DNA from: Nitrospirota bacterium | GTDB lineage: Bacteria > Nitrospirota > UBA9217 | DNA: 64,000 nucleotides | Reading direction: 5' to 3' | NCBI GenBank assembly: GCA_963840455.1 | Contig: CAWIYV010000014.1 | Span: 1-64,000 of the forward strand | Shown here: positions 51,029 through 61,312 of the stretch, in pieces | Numbering within the stretch: the stretch's first letter is position 1 | Layout of the letters: every line of letters starts with the position of its first letter | The notes under the pieces: model-generated | The model's input: the letters and a program-made list of their open reading frames with translations, nothing else | The model's database searches: none | What the model was told of the DNA's origin: nothing | Program-made: the position numbers and the translations under genes

Positions 51029-51378
51029 TACGGTTGCCTGCTTTGCACATTGTAAGGCAAAGACCGGCGTAACACAAGTGCCATGCCCCGCAGGTAACAT
51101 GCGGCAATTCCTGTGAAATTCCCATATTATTTGCTTGACAATTTTCCGCCCCCTGTGTTAGAGTCCTATGCCCTGAACGACCGGAACGGACAAAGAGAGG
51201 CCCTATCAACCGTGCAACAGCTCAGACATCCTACATATCCCAGCGACATGCCTTCCCCGGGCATAGGTCCCGACAAGGGACTATAATCTTCTTCGTTATC
51301 AATAATAACCCTTACGTTTCAACCACTTTTTAATTCAGCCGGTTCGACAAGACCAACTCTTCAATGGAGGATACACCC

Positions 51379-52515
51379 ATGCAGAAAAAATATCTTTTGG
51401 CCCCTGGTCCCACGCCAGTTCCGCCCGAAGCGCTCCTGGCTATGGCCATGCCGATGATCCATCACCGCGCCCCGGATTTCCTTCCGGTGCTCGAATCGGC
51501 CAAGAAGGGCCTGCAGTGGCTTTACCAGACCAAGAACGACGTGCTCATCCTGTGCTCCACCGGCACCGGCGGCATGGTCGGCTCGGTGAACAATTTCTTG
51601 AATCCCGGCGACGAAGTGATCACCGTGAACGGCGGAAAGTTCGGCGAGCGCTGGACCAAGATCTGCCAGGCCTACGGCATGAAGGTGACCGAGATCGTGG
51701 TGGAGTGGGGCCACGCAGTGAAGCCGGAGCAGGTGGAGGAGGCCCTCAAAAAGAACCCCAAGACCAAGGCGGTCTTCATCCAGTTCACCGAGACCTCGAC
51801 CGGCGTGAACCATGACATCAAGACACTTGCCGGCATCGTCAAGAAGATCGATGCGCTCTTCGTCGTCGACGCCATCAGCGCCCTCGTGGCCCATGACATC
51901 CGGACCGACGAGTGGGGCATCGACGTGATGATTGGCGGCTCCCAGAAGGGTATCATGCTTCCGCCGGGCCTGGCCTTCGTGTCCGTCTCCGATAAGGCAT
52001 GGAAGATGGCCGATGCCGCGAAGACGCCGAAGTTCTACTTCAACTTCAAGAAAGAGCGCGAGAACCTGTCCAAGAACCAGACGACCTGGACATCTCCCGT
52101 GTCGCTTATCATCGGCCTGAACGCCGCGGTCAAGATGCTCCAGGACGAGGGCCTCGAGAACGTGTTCAAGCGCCACGACCGGCTCGCCCGGGCGACCCGC
52201 GCGGGTGCGGTCGCCCTGAACCTTCCGCTCTATCCCAAGGAGAACCCGAGCCTCTCGCTCACGGCCATCGAGGCGCCAGCGGGCGTGGACGGCCAGGCCA
52301 TCTACAAGGACCTGCGCGTGAAGTACGGCATCACCGGCGCAGGCGGCCAGGACAAGCTCAAGGGCAAGATCTTCCGCATAGCCCATCTCGGCTACGCGGA
52401 CACCTTCGACGTCATCACGGCAATTGCCGGCATCGAGATGGTGCTCAAAGGCCTGGGCCACCCGGTGAAGCTCGGCACGGGCGTCGCCGCTGCGCAAGAG
52501 ATCCTGATGAAATAA
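51379..52515 (+). CDS. Class V aminotransferase (alanine-glyoxylate type, likely SerC role)
   Basis: PGPTPVP, ETSTGV, VDAIS, GSQKG..PPGL; directly upstream of serA. Confidence 0.9.
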   Translation: MQKKYLLAPGPTPVPPEALLAMAMPMIHHRAPDFLPVLESAKKGLQWLYQTKNDVLILCSTGTGGMVGSVNNFLNPGDEVITVNGGKFGERWTKICQAYGMKVTEIVVEWGHAVKPEQVEEALKKNPKTKAVFIQFTETSTGVNHDIKTLAGIVKKIDALFVVDAISALVAHDIRTDEWGIDVMIGGSQKGIMLPPGLAFVSVSDKAWKMADAAKTPKFYFNFKKERENLSKNQTTWTSPVSLIIGLNAAVKMLQDEGLENVFKRHDRLARATRAGAVALNLPLYPKENPSLSLTAIEAPAGVDGQAIYKDLRVKYGITGAGGQDKLKGKIFRIAHLGYADTFDVITAIAGIEMVLKGLGHPVKLGTGVAAAQEILMK

Positions 52516-52641
52516 CAGCATACTTCCGCCACGGAGGCACGAAGACACGGAGAAGAAGGAAAGCCTCGGTCTTTCAAGAAAAGATCAAGGATGTTCTCTG
52601 TGCCTCTGTGTCTCTGTGGCAAAGCTTTTCACGGAGGATTC

Positions 52642-54219
52642 ATGAAAGTTCTGATCAGCGACAACCTCTCCGCCCGCGGGGTGGAGATCCTGAAGAAGGC
52701 CGGGCTCGAGGTCGAGTTCCGGAGCAAGACGACGCCTGAGGAGATCGAGAAGATGATCGGCGACTATGACGCGCTCATCATCCGCTCAGCCACCAAGGTC
52801 ACTGCCGGCCTGCTCGAGAAGGCCACGAAGCTCAAGGTCATCGGCCGGGCCGGCAGCGGCCTGGACAACGTGGATACGCCGGCGGCGACCAAGAAGGGCG
52901 TGGTGGTCATGAACACGCCCGGCGGCAACACCGTCACCACGGCGGAGCACACCATCGGAATGATCTTCGCCTGCGCCCGCATGATCCCGCAGGCCTACGC
53001 CTCGATGAAGGCGGGCAAGTGGGAAAAGAAGAAGTTCGAGGGCGTGGAGCTCTTCGACAAGACGCTCGGCATCGTCGGCCTCGGCGCCATCGGCGGCGTG
53101 GTCGCGAACCGCTGCGCGGCACTGGGCATGAAGGTACTGGCCTACGACCCCTTCATCTCGACCGAGAAGGCGAAGCAGCTCGGCATCGAGCTGGCGGACC
53201 TGGAGACCATCTACAAGATGTCGGATTTCATCACGCTCCACACGCCCAAGACCAAGGAGACGGCGAACCTCATCAACAAGGACACCATCGCGAAGATGAA
53301 GGACGGCGTGCGTATCATCAACTGTGCCCGCGGCGGCATCGTGAACGAGCAGGACCTCTACGAGGCCCTGAAGAGCGGCAAGGTGGGGGCAGCTGCCTTC
53401 GACGTGTTCGAGAAGGAACCGCCGGAGAACCACCCGCTCCTGACGCTCGACAACTTTATCGCCACGCCGCACCTTGGCGCCTCGACGAAGGAGGCGCAGG
53501 AGAACGTGGCCACGGCCGTGGCCGAGCAGATCGTGGATTACCTCGTCGCAGGGACGGTGCGGAACGCCGTGAACGTGCCGTCGGTGCCCGCGGACCAGCT
53601 TCCGACGCTCTCGCCCTATATCCATCTCGCCGAGCGCATGGGCCTCTTCACGGGCCAGATCATCGATGGCGGGCTCACCCAGGTTACGGTGGAGTACAGC
53701 GGCGAGGTCTCGAACCTCAAGCTCGAGCCCATCACGCTGGCCGCGATCAAGGGCCTGCTCACGCCCACGCTGCAGGAGAACGTGAACTACGTGAACGCGC
53801 CGCTCATCGCCAAGGACCGGGGCATCGAGGTGAAGGTCTCGAGATCCGCTGACACACACGAGTACACCAGCCTCCTGACCATCCGGGTCAAAGCCGGCGC
53901 CAGGGACCTGTCCGTGTCCGGTACGCTGAACAGCAAGAAGGAACCGCGCATCATCCAGGTGGACAACTTCCCCATGGAGACGGTGCCCGAGGGCGACATG
54001 CTGGTGCTCATGAACAACGACAAGCCCGGCGTCATCGGCGGCATCGGCACGCTCATGGGCCAGAACGGCATCAACATCTCGCGCATGCAGTTCGGCCGCG
54101 AGACCCAGGGCGGTCGGGCCATGTCCGTGGTGAGCGTGGACAGCTCAATCCCCGACAAGGTGCTGGATGCGGTCCGGAAGCTCCCGAACGTACTGTCGGT
54201 AAAGCAGGTCCGGATATAG
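52642..54219 (+). CDS. serA: D-3-phosphoglycerate dehydrogenase
   Basis: GRAG.G.DNVD, NCARGG, TPHLGAST.EAQ, ASB and ACT domains. Confidence 0.95.
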   Translation: MKVLISDNLSARGVEILKKAGLEVEFRSKTTPEEIEKMIGDYDALIIRSATKVTAGLLEKATKLKVIGRAGSGLDNVDTPAATKKGVVVMNTPGGNTVTTAEHTIGMIFACARMIPQAYASMKAGKWEKKKFEGVELFDKTLGIVGLGAIGGVVANRCAALGMKVLAYDPFISTEKAKQLGIELADLETIYKMSDFITLHTPKTKETANLINKDTIAKMKDGVRIINCARGGIVNEQDLYEALKSGKVGAAAFDVFEKEPPENHPLLTLDNFIATPHLGASTKEAQENVATAVAEQIVDYLVAGTVRNAVNVPSVPADQLPTLSPYIHLAERMGLFTGQIIDGGLTQVTVEYSGEVSNLKLEPITLAAIKGLLTPTLQENVNYVNAPLIAKDRGIEVKVSRSADTHEYTSLLTIRVKAGARDLSVSGTLNSKKEPRIIQVDNFPMETVPEGDMLVLMNNDKPGVIGGIGTLMGQNGINISRMQFGRETQGGRAMSVVSVDSSIPDKVLDAVRKLPNVLSVKQVRI

Positions 54220-54323
54220 TGACCGTAAGTCGTGAGGCGTAAGGCGCCAGGAACAAGGCAACAGTCAAAAGAAAAGAATAAGCAAGCAGAGGGGCGGCCC
54301 TGATCCGCCCCTTAACGCTGTAA

Positions 54324-55637
<1,314 letters not shown>

Positions 55638-55808
55638 CTCCATGCAAGGTTCAACGTTCAAGGTCTAAGGTCAAAACAGCATATCGTCGAGGCGAGTGGC
55701 AGTTGTTCTGCCGGTTCGAACATGGAACCAGGAACATTGATTCGCTGTCATATTTATTGACAACGTCACCGCTTCTTTGCTAATATACGCCTCTCGCAGC
55801 GGTGCAGC

Positions 55809-55884
55809 GGGCCGGTAGCTCAGTTGGTAGAGCACCGCCCTTTTAAGGCGGGTGTCCTGGGTTCGAATCCCAGCCGGCTCACCA
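55809..55884 (+). tRNA. tRNA-Lys (TTT)
   Basis: Cloverleaf; ccgcc-ctTTTaa-ggcgg; GTTCGAATC; CCA end; TTGACA/TAATAT promoter upstream. Confidence 0.96.
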
Positions 55885-56008
55885 GTTACCTTCGGTATTG
55901 GAAATTGTAAAGTGCAAATTGGAAATTGAAAATAAGGTTCCGGCAGTCCATCTGAGCAATTTGCATGTTGAAATTTTCAATCTGCAATTTTCAATAATCT
56001 GTAAGCAC

Positions 56009-56086
56009 GTCCCCATCGTCTAGCCCGGCCCAGGACACCGCCCTTTCACGGCGATAACGGGGGTTCGAATCCCCCTGGGGACGCCA
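56009..56086 (+). tRNA. tRNA-Glu (TTC)
   Basis: GTCCCCA/TGGGGAC acceptor stem; ctTTCac loop; CCA end; terminator at about 56096-56121. Confidence 0.96.
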
Positions 56087-56267
56087 ATCAAACCAAAGGA
56101 GCTGCTATTGCAGCTCCTTTTCTTTATTGCGTCCCTGTCCCGTCGCGGGCCATCGCCGGTTCACGGCGCAAACGAAGGTGTAAGCGCTCAGATGAAGAGG
56201 CTTCGCGCTTCGTCGTTCAAGGTGAAAAGAGTGTTAGGTATGCCGGTTGCTCCGGCATATACGATCT

Positions 56268-56514
56268 AATCCCCCTGGGGACGCCCATCCAATCCAAAGA
56301 GCCACGGCATTTGCCGCGGCTCTTTTTTTGTCCCTCTTAGTGATCCATCACGTCCATACCCCGAAAATGCCCCGGCAGTATCCTTGTCAAATGGATGATT
56401 TTATAGTACGCTAATCCAAAGAACAGAGATGAAGTCCGACCAAATCATAATGCCCGAACTTCTTCGGGATAGACTTGCATAACTCAATCTTTAAGTCTGA
56501 CCCCATAGGGCACC
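56268..56514 (+). repeat. About 245-bp direct repeat, copy 1 (tRNA-Glu 3' 18-mer, terminator, downstream DNA)
   Basis: Nearly identical to 59784-60021. Confidence 0.92.
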
Positions 56515-56651
56515 CTTGGAGTAATCAAGACCTAAAGCAGAGCATGATTGCGAAATTTTATGAGCAGCGAAAAACTCTGTTAGCATCACGACAAATTATT
56601 ACGTGCATAGCCCAGTTGGACGAGAATCTACAGCTCATAGATCGACTGATT

Positions 56652-56760
56652 ATGAAATATAGAGAGCTCAAAAAGTTTATTGAAAAGAACATGCGGATGG
56701 CGCATGTATATCAGCCTGTAATGCTCATGACGCTGCTAGAGAATGGTGGTAAGTGCCTTG
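56652..56760 (+). pseudogene. N-terminal fragment resembling HIT/HNH-domain proteins
   Basis: LKKFI...MRMAHVYQPVML.TLL.NGGK recalled as the conserved N-terminus of that family; no nuclease domain follows. Confidence 0.55.
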
Positions 56761-56851
56761 AGCGGCTGGCAAGGCATAACCCAATGGGTAATATAAATAC
56801 TAGTATCTATAGATATTCAAAATACGTTTTTATTGCTAACGAGGGGAGAAT

Positions 56852-57916
56852 ATGACAGATAAATCAAATGATCCTAATAATAAAGCAGAGAATAAAAAAG
56901 AAGAGAATCAACCAAGCGGAAATATTCATTCTAATATTTCGAAATGGATTTATTATAATACGTCAAGCAGTAGTTATTCTCCGTCTTTAAGCTCGCTTTA
57001 CAATTATATCAATAGTAGCAATAAAAGTTGGTCAGCAATACAATGGCCAGACGAAGAAATTACTGTAAAGACGAAAAAGCTATATGAGACTATCGAGACA
57101 CTTCGTAAAGATGTAGAGGAAACTGCGAAAAAATTTCAGCAAGCCAAAAGTGAGCATGCTCAAAAAGACAGTGATATTTTGCAACTTAACGGGAAAATTG
57201 CCGAACTGTCTAAGAAGGAAAAACTCGGATTCTTGCTCTCACGAGTCAATGAAGCAGCTCAAAAATTATTGCTAGAGAACGAGGACTTTCAGAAAAAGTT
57301 CTTAGAGGAAAGCGAATGTGACACATTCGTTATGTCAGTTGATATTCGTAGGTCTACAGAGCTGATGTCGAAAGCTAGAAGTCCTGAACAATTTGCTCGC
57401 TTTATGACAACATTATGTAATGATCTTGAAGATGTTGTAAAAGATTGCTTTGGTGTCTTCGATAAATTTACAGGCGATGGCATTCTAGCCTTTTTCCCAG
57501 ATTTTTTTTCAGGCGCCGATTCGGGTTATTATGCGATAAAAGCGGCCAATCTCTGCCACAAACAATTTCAATTAAGGTACAAAGAATTTCGAAGTTCATT
57601 TAAGTCAGTTTTAACAGACGTTGGCCTAGGTATTGGGATTGATTATGGCCAAGCTCATCTTGTCCAAATAGCCGGCGGTTTAACTGTTGTTGGTTCGCCA
57701 GTGGTATACGCGTGCCGTATGAGCGGTGCTCCGGCTGATTCAACATATCTTAACCAGCCGGGCTATGAAAAAATAAGTGAGAAGTACAGTGAGTATTGCT
57801 TCTTGAAAGAGACAAAGATTGACATTAAGAATGAAGGGACAACGTTGGCCTACGATATACGTCTTAATGGGAAAGATTATAGACCCGAGGCGCCTACGTG
57901 GCTTAGCAGTAAATAG
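56852..57916 (+). CDS. Class III nucleotide cyclase with N-terminal coiled coil
   Basis: SVDIRRST, DKFTGDG, GIGIDYG, TVVGSPVVYACR. Confidence 0.9.
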   Translation: MTDKSNDPNNKAENKKEENQPSGNIHSNISKWIYYNTSSSSYSPSLSSLYNYINSSNKSWSAIQWPDEEITVKTKKLYETIETLRKDVEETAKKFQQAKSEHAQKDSDILQLNGKIAELSKKEKLGFLLSRVNEAAQKLLLENEDFQKKFLEESECDTFVMSVDIRRSTELMSKARSPEQFARFMTTLCNDLEDVVKDCFGVFDKFTGDGILAFFPDFFSGADSGYYAIKAANLCHKQFQLRYKEFRSSFKSVLTDVGLGIGIDYGQAHLVQIAGGLTVVGSPVVYACRMSGAPADSTYLNQPGYEKISEKYSEYCFLKETKIDIKNEGTTLAYDIRLNGKDYRPEAPTWLSSK

Positions 57917-57993
57917 GCTAATTGCAAAGGTGAGGAGTATGGTCCTGATAATAGCGTTAATGCCAGTGAGTATAAAATTGCGGGGGCTTCTAA

Positions 57994-58785
57994 ATGATAA
58001 AAGAATATTATGAATCATTTAAGGATAATATATTGAGCAAATCTACTAATCCATTCTTTGGCTCCTTAATTATTGTTTGGTCATTCCATAATTGGAGATT
58101 TCTATATACTATATTTAATTTCCTTAAGGAAACACCTAATGAGGATCGAATTGCATTTATCGCGAGCTATTTATATTCAGGCAAGTTTTTGCCGAATTTA
58201 GGCTGGTGTATTGTTTTCGCGTTTATAGTGCTTATCATTTCCTATTTCCTGCTTAATTTGTCTAGGCTAATTATAAACTTATATGAAAAAGTATTAACGC
58301 CATTTGTATACAAAATTACAGATCAAAGTTCCATAGTCTTAAAAGAGGATTATTTAAAACTTAATGAGGAAAAGAATAAATTGGTAGAAAAACTTGAAGC
58401 TGAACGAGGGGCTAGGCTAAATGTACAAGCCGAAAGAGATAGTCTCGAGATAAAATTAAGCCAGATGCAAAATGCTAAAAATGTGAATGATATTGCTACT
58501 ACTACTGTTACTCCGCCACCGAGTAAAAGTGATATTAATAAATATGACAAAGAAAGCGCGATTATTTCCAAGATAGAAGAAGAAAAGCTCTTAAATGCAT
58601 TCGATAATATAATCGAAAAAATATCAAATATAGATGCAATATACGATAATGAGCCTGGAGTTAGATATTTTTCAAAACTCGGTCTTATCACAAAAGGTAC
58701 CTATATTGATCAAAATCAGTATAATTATTCTTTCACGAAATTAGGAGATAGTGTAAAAACATATTATCTTGATAACTATCTTTGA
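57994..58785 (+). CDS. Two-TM, coiled-coil hypothetical protein
   Basis: NPFFGSLIIVW..NW, second hydrophobic helix, heptad region; AT-rich. Confidence 0.85.
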   Translation: MIKEYYESFKDNILSKSTNPFFGSLIIVWSFHNWRFLYTIFNFLKETPNEDRIAFIASYLYSGKFLPNLGWCIVFAFIVLIISYFLLNLSRLIINLYEKVLTPFVYKITDQSSIVLKEDYLKLNEEKNKLVEKLEAERGARLNVQAERDSLEIKLSQMQNAKNVNDIATTTVTPPPSKSDINKYDKESAIISKIEEEKLLNAFDNIIEKISNIDAIYDNEPGVRYFSKLGLITKGTYIDQNQYNYSFTKLGDSVKTYYLDNYL

Positions 58786-58883
58786 ATAAGAAATAATATA
58801 CGTACGATGGTTCTTCACTTTAATTAGCTATCTTGTGCACGAACAGCTTTTGAATAGAATAAATCAACTTAATGCTGCATCTG

Positions 58884-59079
58884 AAACGTCACCAAAACGT
58901 AACCGAAATTAACTTACAGCAGATGAATGGCAGAATAATACTGGACAGAATAGAAGTGTGTAACGCATTGATTAGCACTATTAAAGCGAAAAAAAGCAGG
59001 TAAGAGACCCGGTTAGTAAAATCGTTAAGTTCTAACTTTCACGGCGATAGCAGGGTTTCGAATCCCCTCGAAGACGCCA
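58884..59079 (+). mobile_element. attR-like site 1 (arm repeats, IHF site, degenerate 44-bp tRNA-Glu 3' copy)
   Basis: AAACGTcACC-AAAACGTAACC; TAACGCATTGATT; 59036-59079 matches 56043-56086 at 37/44. Confidence 0.8.
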
Positions 59080-59178
59080 GCCAATCCAGGGACATGCTGG
59101 TATTCGGTAGCGCATCAACACAACCGATACCGATTTATGGTAGAATTAATCATTCGGTAAGTGCAAAGGGGGTAGGCC

Positions 59179-59532
59179 ATGAAGAAAATCGTATTTGCAG
59201 TAATTGCAGTCCTTTTATCAATTGGTGCGGCTCAAGCTCAGGATTATTTGCACGGCAAGTCCGGAACCACATATCAAAATATTGGAAACACAACCTACGG
59301 CTCGGATGGTTCAACTTATCAAAAAATTGGCAATACGACATACGGGAATGATGGGAACACTTCCCAACGGATTGGGAACACAACTTATCATGGAGATGGA
59401 TCGACATCTCAGCAAATTGGGAACACACTTTACAATTCCAATGGTAGCACCGTTCAAAAAATTGGCAATACAACGTACGGTTCTGATGGAACCAACTGCC
59501 AGAAAATAGGCAATACAACGTACTGTAACTAA
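59179..59532 (+). CDS. Secreted protein made of six 15-aa QxIGNTTYGxDG repeats
   Basis: Signal peptide; repeats visible in protein and DNA. Confidence 0.85.
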   Translation: MKKIVFAVIAVLLSIGAAQAQDYLHGKSGTTYQNIGNTTYGSDGSTYQKIGNTTYGNDGNTSQRIGNTTYHGDGSTSQQIGNTLYNSNGSTVQKIGNTTYGSDGTNCQKIGNTTYCN

Positions 59533-59608
59533 ATTGTCTGATATTTGCCTCTCTACACTGACATCTGATGAGAAAATGTGTGTGCAAACGGGTATAGCTA
59601 GTAATTGA

Positions 59609-59802
59609 AAACGTAACCAAAACGTAACCGAAACTAACATACGGGGTAGAATAACAAGAAAATACTTGAATGGGCAGAAGCCAATAACTCTTTGATTATT
59701 GCTAATAAACAGAAAAACGCAGGTAAGAGGCCCATTTAGTAAAATTGTTAAGGCCCAACTTTCACGGCGATAACGGGGGTTCGAATCCCCCTGGGGACGC
59801 CA
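59609..59802 (+). mobile_element. attR-like site 2 (arm repeats, IHF site, perfect 44-bp tRNA-Glu 3' copy)
   Basis: AAACGTAACC twice; TAACTCTTTGATT; 59759-59802 identical to 56043-56086. Confidence 0.88.
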
Positions 59803-60021
59803 ATCCAAAGAGCCACGGCAACTGCCGCGGCTCTTTTTTTTCTCCCTCTTAGTGATCCATCACGTGCATCCCCCGAAAATGCCCCGGCAGTATCCTTGTC
59901 AAATGGATGATTTTATAGTACGCTAATCCAAAGAACAGAGATGAAGTCCAACCAAATGCCCGAACTTCTTCGGGATAGACCTGCATAAGTCAATCTTTAA
60001 GTCTGACCCCATAGAGCACCC
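59784..60021 (+). repeat. About 240-bp direct repeat, copy 2
   Basis: Matches 56268-56514 with a few substitutions and small indels. Confidence 0.92.
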
Positions 60022-61312
60022 ATCCTCGCAAAGAAAGATGCGAAGAAAGCTGGGAAAGCAGTTCCCTCTAGGGATGTGGATGATAAATTTCTGATCGCGG
60101 ACAAAAGCAATAATAAAGACAAAATGACATTGAGTGATTTCATTTATCATCATGTCTCATGGTCATACGACCTGTGGCATATGAGACGCTTTGGCTTAGT
60201 CTTGCCAAATCCAGAGGTGATTAATCAACAGGATAGTGTATTAGTTGGCGGCTTTTCATATATCTACGAAGACAAAATACTTGATGCGATGCGGTCGTCT
60301 GAATTCCTTCTTAAACGAGAAGGCGGTGGACGCAGAGGCAAGCGATAAACATGCAGACTCTAATTCCTATGATAGCGCATGCTAGGACCCTGCGCATTCC
60401 CTCGGTTACTTACGGGGCGCTATATCCTAAAATACGCACTCCTCAGTACCGCGTTCACGTTTAATTTTCAACCAGTAGACTGCACCTCTTTTGATAAACC
60501 GTCCTATGCAATCATGTAGGTGTTCATCACAGTGCCTAGGATCTGAAAGCGTCGAAGAATATCGTTTGAAATATGCAGTGTCTGATTCTTCCTGTACTCG
60601 TTGAAGCTTCCATTCATCGCAATATTCAATATTTCATTCAGTAATTCGTAATCTCCCTAACAACCAGACGGTATTGTTTTAATTGCTGTGGTGTTTCGTG
60701 ATAACTGGTTGTCATCGTTAGGATGACAGGTAAGGGAAGGGCCTTATTTAGTCACTGATGATGCCTGTTTATGGCTGTCTACTTGACAATTACTTGACAG
60801 CGAATCTAAAGAGCAATCTAAGCGGGTCCATCGTGCTGTTAAAAGCGGAAAAGCAATTAAATATTGTTAAGAAATTGTTTTTAATTATTTGTATTGACCT
60901 TGACAGAATATCAGCAGCCTGTTAGCCTTGTAATACTTACTTCCTACTGCTTGCCTCTTATTTAACTTGCCACATTCTTTATTCTGTTTTTTCTCTGATA
61001 TTTTCTTTTTCTGAGAAAACCGAACGGGTGTTTTTGCGTTTCAAGTATCAACACTTTTAATCTATTTATTATTTTAATAGGACTCATTCTATCAGCCATT
61101 ATCTATAGCTCTGCGGTATGGCCAATTCATTTTAATAACCAGTATTTCAAATCAGAGCGTTCATGATCATGTGTTGTACCAAGTGGTTCGTTTCTTTCAT
61201 TGATTCTTACCAACAAGTACTTTCAATGCTGATATTGCGTGATATTAGAAGTTTAGGTGTTGCGCGTGGTATATACGAGCAATAAGGAAATATAATTTTG
61301 GGAGGTGTTGCA

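Noticed and set aside
51165-51281. Riboswitch or structured leader before the aminotransferase-serA operon (cctatgccc/gggcatagg)
   Set aside because: Left arm overlaps the likely transcription start after TTGACA-N18-TAGAGT, and no known aptamer motif is visible.
59036-59802. Extra functional tRNA-Glu genes
   Set aside because: Only the 3' 44 nt are present; no 5' acceptor strand or D-arm.
60076-60720. Possible small ORFs or gene remnants in the AT-rich stretch
   Set aside because: Short, no clear RBS or recognisable motif; cannot be supported without a search.
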